From Candidatus Krumholzibacteriia bacterium (lineage in GTDB: Bacteria; Krumholzibacteriota; Krumholzibacteriia; LZORAL124-64-63), in NCBI GenBank assembly GCA_036351155.1, contig JAZBOO010000021.1:1-16001 (forward strand): a DNA stretch of 16,001 bases. Direction: 5' to 3'. This document shows, one piece after another, positions 1-6,257 of the stretch. Under the pieces are notes generated by a model. That model worked only from the letters and a program-made list of their open reading frames with translations. It was not told the origin of the DNA and searched no databases. Each line of letters opens with the position of its first letter. Position 1 is the stretch's first letter. The position numbers and the translations under genes were made by a program.

Positions 1-88
1 CTTCAGGAGGAGCATTCTTGTCCACCGAATCGCCGCAACCAGAGAACACCAGGGTCAGAATCAGGGCCAGCACACTGTAAATACGCAT
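1..88 (-). CDS. Lipoprotein, N-terminal part only (runs off the window)
   Basis: ATG at 88 with AGGAGG SD (95-100). Translates MRIYSVLALILTLVFSGCGDSVDKNAPPE..., a hydrophobic signal with lipobox FSGC. Not in the ORF track. Confidence 0.8.
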   Translation of the reverse strand, partial: MRIYSVLALILTLVFSGCGDSVDKNAPPE

Positions 89-226
89 CGCAAACCTCCT
101 GGCCGGATCATAGCACGGCCACGGGCGAAGACCAGCCCGAGGTCCGGGGAATGTCATTTGTTAACCGGGAAAAGATGATGGGCGCGTGACAAGGGACCTT
201 GCCAGGTTCAAACTCGGGTGAGCAGG

Positions 227-454
227 TCAGGAAGCCTTGCGCTCAAGCATTTCGGCAATCCACACCTTGATGATGGACTGACGAGTCACACCAACTCTCT
301 TCGCTTCGCGGTCGAGCGATTCGATCATCCACGTGGGAAAGTCCACATTGATGCGCTTCGTTTCCTGATTCAACCTGCGAGCTTTCGAAGTATCCAGTTC
401 CGAAGTGATGTCTCCACCACTCTCGAATTTCTTGTCAAAATCGCTAGCCTTCAT
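227..454 (-). CDS. brnA: BrnA/CopG-family (RHH) type II antitoxin, 75 aa
   Basis: MKASDFDKKFESGGDI...KRINVDFPTWMIESLDREAKRVGVTRQSIIKVWIAE is the characteristic CopG-type BrnA sequence. GAGGAGG SD precedes ATG 454, so the start is 454 rather than 550. Confidence 0.88.
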   Translation of the reverse strand: MKASDFDKKFESGGDITSELDTSKARRLNQETKRINVDFPTWMIESLDREAKRVGVTRQSIIKVWIAEMLERKAS

Positions 455-496
455 AAATCCGAACCTCCTCTTTTCGGGAACGAATTCGAACTCCAC
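444..496 (-). pseudogene. brnT: Internally deleted BrnT-family toxin remnant
   Basis: GTG GAG TTC GAA TTC (MEFEF, BrnT-like N-terminus) is joined out of frame to CGT TCC CGA AAA GAG GAG GTT CGG ATT TAT GAA GGC TAG (RSRKEEVRIYEG*, BrnT-like C-terminus), which overlaps the antitoxin start as in intact brnTA operons. Confidence 0.7.
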
Positions 497-515
497 TTCG
501 CCCCCTGATGAGTTT

Positions 516-550
516 AGGTATAATTTATATACCTTTTTGAATCCTGTCAA
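516..550 (-). promoter_or_regulatory. Sigma70 promoter of the brnTA operon with palindromic operator
   Basis: TTGACA (545-550), 17 nt spacer, TAAATT. Inverted repeat AGGTATA-N5-TATACCT (516-534) overlaps the -10. Confidence 0.7.
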
Positions 551-675
551 CTATAAATACGAGATCAAAAACACTTTTTGTCTGAAACACTTTTCGCAAA
601 ACTCCTGGACAACCTCCGGACCACCGGAAGAAAATGGGCAAGGTATTAAGACCTTTTTACAGCAGGAGGCCCCGG

Positions 676-816
676 ATGAATGACAAAACTGACAGGCGCA
701 ACGCTCTCGGCATCTTGAAGCTGGCCGCCCAGGGTGAAGAGGATATCCGCAAAGGGAAGGCCAGTCCGCAGGACGAGGTTTTCGCCAGGATCAAGAAAGG
801 GCTCACGCAAAAATGA
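676..816 (+). CDS. Short protein resembling the C-terminal half of a Phd/YefM-type antitoxin (46 aa, probably truncated)
   Basis: AGGAGG SD at 664-669. RNALGILKLAAQGEEDIRKGKASPQDEVFARIK resembles Phd/YefM C-terminal helices. No N-terminal DNA-binding domain and no toxin gene follows. Confidence 0.55.
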   Translation: MNDKTDRRNALGILKLAAQGEEDIRKGKASPQDEVFARIKKGLTQK

Positions 817-854
817 CCACTGCGCGCGAAGTTTTGCGGACTCCAGCGCCGCAA

Positions 855-1041
855 CATCGCAAACCTTCTGCTAGCCCGACTCCTCCGCTGATGTCAGCGC
901 AACAGGACAACTCGCCCGGCAGTGTCTCCGTCTTTTGACACCAGACGGATCAGGTAAACCCCCGACCCCAGCTCCTGCCCATGATAGTCCCTCCCATCCC
1001 AGACAACCTGGTGCTGGCCGGCACTGAACCACGCCTCGACC
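855..1041. repeat. Direct repeat copy 1 (187 bp; partner at 1845-2031)
   Basis: Ungapped alignment at offset 990; I count 27 mismatches in 187 bp (~86% identity). Confidence 0.95.
894..1040 (-). pseudogene. Orphan 3' fragment of a FlgD-Ig-type C-terminal domain
   Basis: Reads VEAWFSAGQHQVVWDGRDYHGQELGSGVYLIRLVSKDGDTAGRVVLLR*, a paralog of the last 48 aa of the gene ending at 1884. No start codon or SD at the fragment boundary. Confidence 0.85.
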
Positions 1042-1147
1042 CTTGCCCATGTCAGGGATGTGACCGGTGACTTGGCATGGTGCCAGCTAGTGTTGTTGTC
1101 AAACTGGCTCCACAGCGCCGGAGGCGGAAGCTTTCCTTTTCAACCCC

Positions 1148-1176
1148 TTGACATTATATCCGATTGGGCATAATGT
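1148..1176 (+). promoter_or_regulatory. Sigma70 promoter and operator of the HigBA-like operon
   Basis: TTGACA (1148-1153), 17 nt spacer, TAATGT (1171-1176). Inverted repeat ACATTAT-N12-ATAATGT (1151-1176) spans the promoter. Confidence 0.75.
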
Positions 1177-1182
1177 GACTCC

Positions 1183-1527
1183 GTGAATCCCCACGACAAA
1201 CATGTCGTTTGGCTCGGTGGGGAAATCAAATCTCCCCCCATGAGCAAGGAAGCTCGACTGAAAGCAGGCTTCCTGTTGCGCCAAGTTCAGGGTGGGGAAA
1301 CCCTGGCGATGCCGGATTCAAAACCCATGCCCTCCATTGGCTCACATTGCCACGAATTGAGGGTGCAGGACGGGAGTGAATCGTGGAGGTTCATCTACAG
1401 AATGGACCCCGGAGCCATTATCCTGGTGGATGTGTTCTCCAAAAAGACCCAGAAAACCCCAAAAAGGGTGATCGATACATGCAAGGCCCGGCTGAAGGGG
1501 TTCGATGCTGAGCGAAAGGGTAGATGA
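1183..1527 (+). CDS. Type II toxin, RelE/ParE superfamily, phage Gp49-like (DUF891/HigB-like)
   Basis: KHVVWLGGEIKSPPMSKEARLKAGFLLRQVQ...CHELRVQD...WRFIYR...VDVFSKKTQKTPKRVIDTCKARL; lies directly upstream of an XRE HTH gene. Confidence 0.9.
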   Translation: MNPHDKHVVWLGGEIKSPPMSKEARLKAGFLLRQVQGGETLAMPDSKPMPSIGSHCHELRVQDGSESWRFIYRMDPGAIILVDVFSKKTQKTPKRVIDTCKARLKGFDAERKGR

Positions 1528-1528
1528 A

Positions 1529-1837
1529 ATGGACAGCAAAACCAAAAAGCGCCTTCAGGACAAAGGTTGGGTCTTTGGTGATGCCGCTGACTTTCTTGAA
1601 CTGTCGCCCGAAGAAGCCAGAATCATTGACCTGAAACTCGCTCTTCGGGCCAGTATTCGTGAGGAGAGAACCAAGCAGGGGATGACCCAGGCCGAGCTGG
1701 CCAAAGCCATGGGATCCAGTCAGTCACGAATCGCCCGGATTGAGCGCGGCGACCCGTCCGCCAGTTTGGATTTGCTCCTGAAGGCACTCATGGCCCTGGG
1801 GATGTCCAACAAGCAGATTTCCAAACTCATGGAGTAG
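1529..1837 (+). CDS. XRE-family HTH antitoxin (HigA-like), 102 aa
   Basis: ATG 1529, 1 nt after the toxin stop. HTH_3 motif RTKQGMTQAELAKAMGSSQSRIARIERGDPSASLDLL. Confidence 0.9.
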   Translation: MDSKTKKRLQDKGWVFGDAADFLELSPEEARIIDLKLALRASIREERTKQGMTQAELAKAMGSSQSRIARIERGDPSASLDLLLKALMALGMSNKQISKLME

Positions 1838-1844
1838 ACCCCAT

Positions 1845-2031
1845 CATCGCAGACCTTCTGCTGGCCCGACTCCTCCGCTGACGTCAGCGCAACAAGACAA
1901 CCCGCCGAGATGTGTCCCCCACCCTCGACACCAACCGGATGAAGTAAACCCCCGACCCCATGTCCTGCCCCTGATCATCCCTCCCATCCCAGACAACCTG
2001 GTGCTGGCCGGCACCGAACCAGGCCTCGGCC
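1845..2031. repeat. Direct repeat copy 2 (3' end plus ~39 bp downstream of the beta-helix/FlgD gene)
   Basis: Matches 855-1041 at offset 990. Confidence 0.95.
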
Positions 2032-3323
2032 AGGGATCGGATCTTCAAACCCCGCAAATCATAAACCCCCATGCTCACCTGGCCGGAGTTCACCAGTTCA
2101 AACGAAACCGTGGTCCTGGGATTGAAGGGATTGGGCGCGCAGGACAGGCCCACGCCAAGCGCCAGCGGGGCAGGCTCGACCACTCCGGTCAGACCCCCGC
2201 AATACTCGTACGCCCCACGATCGATGGCCGCGCCGCACCAGCGGGGATGTCCCGCCAGGTCTTCACTGGCCAGCTGAACGGAAAGGGCATGGTCCAGGCC
2301 GCGGTCAATCCCGGGCGAACCGGCGGTGAGCTGGTAGGGAGCTGTTCCCTGCCCCGCCCAGCCCGGATCCTGGTCCACGTTCGTCGCGTTGCCCGCGTAG
2401 CTTTCCAGGTTGTTCCCGAAGTTGTAAAAATCCTTGGTCTCGACCACCTGGGCGCCGGAATAGTGGTTCGTTATGTTGTTCCGGATAATGTTGTTGATCA
2501 GGGGAATCTTGCCGTTGAAGTTCTCGACCGCCCCGCAGACGAAGAAGGCGCTCTCCTCCTCGCACACATTGCCCACGATGGTGTTGTTGATAAGCTTGGG
2601 GTAGCTGTAGACGCTGAACAGGGCGCTGCCGCGCAGGGAAACCACATTGTCCCGGAACAGGTTGCCTGCCAGGACTGGCGACGCCCCGTATCCCACATAA
2701 ACCGCGCCGCCATAGACCGCCCGGTTCCCGCGTAAATCGCAGCTGGCCACCGCCACCTTGTCGACACCCACGAAGGACACGGCCCCACCCGTTTCCGGAC
2801 GCATGGTGCCCCCAGTGGCTCCGGCTCCTCGGTCTTCCCCGGCTCGCGCCACGGCCCCTTCGAAGAGACAATGTTCGAGGCGCGACCAGCCCAGCTGTGC
2901 CGGAATATTGTGGAAATCGACGCCATCCCAGCCCTCGGCTGCGAAACCCGCAGCCGGCCGGAATGCAATGCGCTGTTCAGGCTCCCCCACGGCCCACAAC
3001 CGACCGTTAACCAGAACACGATAAAACCCCGCGAACTCGACAATTGTGCCCGGCGCAATGGTCAAGGTGGCCTCGGCTTCCACCAGCACATCTCCGGTCA
3101 CCCGCACCACATCTGCGGCCCAGGTGGTGGGTTCAGAGATGGCTCCCGCCACGGTGATGTAGGACCCCGACAGCACCGCCCCAGGGTCCGGCGCCACCCC
3201 CTGGCTGGGTGCAGAAGGAGCACTTGCCGGCCCCGTCACGCTCTGGCAGCCATACCCTTCGGCATCGAAGCCCGGTTCCACGCGGAAATCGAGGTTTTCG
3301 GGATCTCGCAGCCTCACTTCCAC
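1884..3323 (-). CDS. Conventional gene call for the C-terminal part: right-handed beta-helix repeats, choice-of-anchor-Q-like motif, FlgD-Ig-type domain
   Basis: GGAVYV/GNRAVY/NNTIVGN repeats; YQLTAGSPGIDRG...DLAGHPR...IDRGAYEY; APNPFNPRTTVSFEL...VYDLRG...VWDGRDDQG...SGVYFIRL. It has no signal peptide of its own. Confidence 0.85.
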   Translation of the reverse strand: MEVRLRDPENLDFRVEPGFDAEGYGCQSVTGPASAPSAPSQGVAPDPGAVLSGSYITVAGAISEPTTWAADVVRVTGDVLVEAEATLTIAPGTIVEFAGFYRVLVNGRLWAVGEPEQRIAFRPAAGFAAEGWDGVDFHNIPAQLGWSRLEHCLFEGAVARAGEDRGAGATGGTMRPETGGAVSFVGVDKVAVASCDLRGNRAVYGGAVYVGYGASPVLAGNLFRDNVVSLRGSALFSVYSYPKLINNTIVGNVCEEESAFFVCGAVENFNGKIPLINNIIRNNITNHYSGAQVVETKDFYNFGNNLESYAGNATNVDQDPGWAGQGTAPYQLTAGSPGIDRGLDHALSVQLASEDLAGHPRWCGAAIDRGAYEYCGGLTGVVEPAPLALGVGLSCAPNPFNPRTTVSFELVNSGQVSMGVYDLRGLKIRSLAEAWFGAGQHQVVWDGRDDQGQDMGSGVYFIRLVSRVGDTSRRVVLLR

Positions 3324-4064
3324 CCCGACGATGTTGTTCCAGGGAGCCGAACCGGCTTCCCGCCATTCCTGGGGAATGACTCAGCCGTATTCTCACAAGA
3401 AGGAATAGTGATGCAGCGGAATGGGGTTCAGATCGGGGTCCCCGTAGTAGGTCCAGTTGTCCCGCACATCGGGCAGACCATAATCACCGGTCTGCACCGA
3501 GGCGGCGATGGCCGTTCCGGTGGGAATCAGATCGCCGGCCACCCCGTTGGTGGGGATGTAGTCGAGGCCCGTGTCCTGCGTGTCGATGATGAGGTTGCGC
3601 TCGACGGTGATCCCTTGCCCCGCACCCTGCAGCCTGACCCCGTAATCGTGGGCTTGATAAAACGTGACAAACTTGACCGACCCGGTGGGGCGAATGCTGA
3701 GCCCTGGATCGTTGTCTCCCCGAAACCGGATATTCCCGTTGATGATGATGCAGTCGGAGATATCCATTCTGTTGTCGCAATAAGACAGGCAGATCTGTTC
3801 GCCCTGCAGGTCGAGCACCGCGCCGTTGCCCACGATGCGTACATCGGCCCCCTCTTCTTCCATGATGAAGCGGTTGGATACCGGGCTGAAGACACGCCCG
3901 ACCAGCAGGCCTCCGGTGTAGGTGACCCCGTTCTCGAGTTCAACATAACGGTCGTAGCCATTGGCTGCGGGGGCGGCCTCGTAGGCTTCCTTGAGGGTGA
4001 TGGCCGGCGACTGCGCCACAAGGAAGGTCATCACAAAAAGCAGGGCGAGATAAACCGAGCGCAA
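1884..4064 (-). CDS. Candidate secreted selenoprotein, 726 aa: signal peptide, beta-helix domain with U-E-Y-G-U (U224, U228), second beta-helix/choice-of-anchor-Q-like domain, FlgD-Ig-type C-terminal domain
   Basis: TTG start at 4064 with GGAG SD. One reading frame to TGA at 1884, interrupted only by TGA at 3393-3395 and 3381-3383. Hairpins lie directly 3' of the UGAs. Confidence 0.7.
3342..3380 (-). promoter_or_regulatory. Putative bacterial SECIS element(s): two adjacent hairpins 3' of the in-frame UGAs
   Basis: mRNA GUCAUUCC-CCA-GGAAUGGC (3380-3362; alternative fold UUCCCCA-GGAA-UGGCGGGAA), then GGG-A-AGCCG-GUU-CGGCU-CCC (3361-3342). Confidence 0.55.
3393..4064 (-). CDS. Conventional gene call for the N-terminal part: secreted beta-helix-like protein ending at the first UGA
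   Basis: Signal peptide MRSVYLALLFVMTFLVAQSPA, followed by beta-helix-like strands (VRIVGNGAVLDL, MDISDCIIINGNI, ITVERNLII). Confidence 0.8.
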   Translation of the reverse strand: MRSVYLALLFVMTFLVAQSPAITLKEAYEAAPAANGYDRYVELENGVTYTGGLLVGRVFSPVSNRFIMEEEGADVRIVGNGAVLDLQGEQICLSYCDNRMDISDCIIINGNIRFRGDNDPGLSIRPTGSVKFVTFYQAHDYGVRLQGAGQGITVERNLIIDTQDTGLDYIPTNGVAGDLIPTGTAIAASVQTGDYGLPDVRDNWTYYGDPDLNPIPLHHYSFL

Positions 4065-4112
4065 GTCATTCTCCAGGGCTGCAGAAGCAAGCTGAACTGT
4101 TGTTCCCACTCA

Positions 4113-4136
4113 ATTATACACGTTCCCCATGAGGAA
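4113..4136 (-). promoter_or_regulatory. -10 box for the beta-helix gene plus an imperfect palindrome in the divergent intergenic region
   Basis: TATAAT on the minus strand (4113-4118) puts the transcription start near 4106, favouring TTG 4064 over ATG 4109. TTCCCCATGAGGAA at 4123-4136. Confidence 0.45.
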
Positions 4137-4220
4137 TTGTAAGTGAAAGAGGGCAACCATTTCCGAGAGTTTTCGTCTGTACAAGCGGTCCCCAACGACC
4201 CCCAACCCCGGAGAGTTACG

Positions 4221-5447
4221 ATGTTCCGCGCGTTAAACCTTCTCGTAGTTCTTCCCTTGCTCATTCTTGGCATTTCCACCCCAGCCCCGGCGGGTGCACC
4301 AAGCATCGCCAGCGGCGCACAGCCCCGCGATGGGATAAAGCACCTCCAGCTGGAAGAGCTGTGGCGTGCGGGCGGCGAGGACGACGAACTGTTCTTCGGC
4401 CTGGTGGCCAAGGTGGCCACCGACCGGGAAGGTCGCGTGTACATACTCGACTCGCAGACCTGCCAAGTTCACATGTACAGCCCGGAGGGCAACTTGATCC
4501 GCACCCTGTTCCGCGAGGGAGAAGGTCCGGGCGAGGTGCGCCAGGCGCGCGACATGTTGATTCGCGGTGACGGCCGCATCGGGGTCATCCAGGAAATTCC
4601 AGGCACCGTGTCCTATGTGTGGCCTGACGGCACGCCGGCCGGACGCGTACAATTGACAGGGCCTGAAGGCGGCGTGGTCAATCTGACCTCTTGCGGAGGT
4701 CGTGATGACATCGTGCTGGTGGCCGGCAACCACAGCCGCGAGGGCCGCGCCCCGGAAATCCGCGAACGCGTCAATTGTCTGGAACGGTACGATGACGAAG
4801 GTCAGCTGATGGCCCGATTCGAGAAGAATGTGGCCGAGTATGATTTTGCCGACTTCCACTTTCGCGAGGACGACCACCTGCCCCCGTTCTGGTTCACCTA
4901 CGATGTGGACCGTCAGGGCAGGATCTACTCCATCAGCAACCATACCGACTACGCGATCAACGTGCACCAGTCGGACGGCCAGCTCCTGCACATCATCACC
5001 CGTGACTACCCTCAGCAGGAGCGGCCCAAGGATGCCGTCCGCCGCCTCGAGCGCATGGTGGAGTCGGCCTTCAACGGCGTGCCTTTTCAGCCCACCATCC
5101 ACATCAACAATACCGAATCGCCGTTCGCCTATTTCCAGCGTGCGCTGCAGGTTCATGAGAACGGAGATCTGTGGGCCTTGACGGCCGTGGGTGCCCGGCC
5201 CGAAGAGCCCGGAGTGATGGCGGTGTTCGATGTGTTCAATCCCGAGGGCCAGTTCATCCATCAGGCCGCCCTGCATGCCGATCATGATGGGCGCGAAGTG
5301 GGGATCTTCCTGGCCGGATCCGACCGCATCCTGGTGGTGCAGGGGTACATGGATTCCCTGGCGGCCCAGTTCGGCAACGGCACAGCAGTGGCGGACGAGG
5401 GTCACGAACCCCAGGTGCCCGAGGTGGTGTGTTACCGGGTGAATTAG
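4221..5447 (+). CDS. Secreted 6-bladed beta-propeller (NHL/TolB-like) protein, 408 aa
   Basis: ATG 4221 with GGAG SD and signal peptide. LEELWRAGGEDDELFFG...VATDREGRVYILDSQ...YSPEGNLIRTLFREGEGPGEV; DVFNPEGQFI near the C-terminus. Confidence 0.85.
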   Translation: MFRALNLLVVLPLLILGISTPAPAGAPSIASGAQPRDGIKHLQLEELWRAGGEDDELFFGLVAKVATDREGRVYILDSQTCQVHMYSPEGNLIRTLFREGEGPGEVRQARDMLIRGDGRIGVIQEIPGTVSYVWPDGTPAGRVQLTGPEGGVVNLTSCGGRDDIVLVAGNHSREGRAPEIRERVNCLERYDDEGQLMARFEKNVAEYDFADFHFREDDHLPPFWFTYDVDRQGRIYSISNHTDYAINVHQSDGQLLHIITRDYPQQERPKDAVRRLERMVESAFNGVPFQPTIHINNTESPFAYFQRALQVHENGDLWALTAVGARPEEPGVMAVFDVFNPEGQFIHQAALHADHDGREVGIFLAGSDRILVVQGYMDSLAAQFGNGTAVADEGHEPQVPEVVCYRVN

Positions 5448-5470
5448 AACAAAATACCATCACCACCGCT

Positions 5471-6028
5471 TCATCGCAGCTCCCGCACCACCGCGCCCTG
5501 GGTCGTGAACGAGATGCCCTGTTGACCAGCGGTGGAGATCATCAAGGCCTCGATGATGGGCCGAGACACCCGCGCTTCCGCCTCCCATTTCACCAGGAAG
5601 TTGGCCCCGGCCCCGCCGGACCGGTCCTTGTCCGGAACCACAAACTGCCGGGTCGACAGCGGCGGCAGAACCACGCTCTCGTCCAGGAACTCCCGGACCA
5701 GCTTTCCCTCGGTGTCGAAGTAGGACACGGCGGAGATCTCGATGCTTTCGCTCAGATCGATGTTGTGGATTCTCAAGGTTGAAGTCAGCAGGTATTCCCT
5801 GTCACCTTTCTGGTGCAAGGCACTGGAGAAAATGGGCACATAGACAAGTTCCCCGGCAATGCTCCTCGGATTGGAAAATGAGGCCAGGGCCTCCCGGTCC
5901 ACGTCGGCGCCCTGCGACATGTTTTTGGATTTCCGATTATCTTCCCTGCCACACCCCGCCAGCACGAGGGCCCCCATGACCAGCAACCCAACGATATAAG
6001 ACCTGCGCACCAATGATTGACTGAGCAT
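5471..6028 (-). CDS. DUF3124-domain lipoprotein
   Basis: AGGAG SD before ATG 6028; lipobox LAGC; VYVPIFS...LTSTLRIHNID...YFDTEGKLV...GGAGANFLVKW...PIIEALMI...GISF. Confidence 0.88.
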   Translation of the reverse strand: MLSQSLVRRSYIVGLLVMGALVLAGCGREDNRKSKNMSQGADVDREALASFSNPRSIAGELVYVPIFSSALHQKGDREYLLTSTLRIHNIDLSESIEISAVSYFDTEGKLVREFLDESVVLPPLSTRQFVVPDKDRSGGAGANFLVKWEAEARVSRPIIEALMISTAGQQGISFTTQGAVVRELR

Positions 6029-6205
6029 ATGATACTCCTGTGCTCTGCTGAATTTGGCCATGGTTTAGTCAAATGGGATTGTATCTCCTGGTGTTTCCTG
6101 GTTCAACTCATTGCTCATATTCCATGGTCGGCTTCGCACCCAGGAAGCAACGGAGTACCCCCATGGCCACGATCCATCTGGCCAACCGGATGCCCGGCCG
6201 GAAGT

Positions 6206-6237
6206 AAAAAGCCGGTCCGGGCCTAACCCGAACCGGC
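6206..6237 (-). terminator. Rho-independent terminator downstream of the MBL gene
   Basis: GCCGGTTCGGG-TTAGG-CCCGGACCGGC followed by TTTTT on the minus strand, 20 nt after the stop at 6258. Confidence 0.8.
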
Positions 6238-6257
6238 CGTACAGCTGGTAGCTTTCT

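Noticed and set aside
566..594. AAACACTTTT twice (569-578, 585-594) and the palindrome CAAAAA-CAC-TTTTTG
   Set aside because: Short and low-complexity within an AT-rich spacer; could be a binding site but cannot be distinguished from chance.
90..1850. Integron cassette array (TA modules are common cassettes)
   Set aside because: No convincing attC structure (RYYYAAC...GTTRRRY with paired arms) and no IntI gene. The repeats present are gene-tail duplicates.
3381..3395. Genome-wide UGA reassignment (code 4 or 25) as the explanation for the in-frame TGAs
   Set aside because: TGA ends several genes exactly at their expected C-termini, TGG encodes Trp, and no other gene in the window has an internal TGA.
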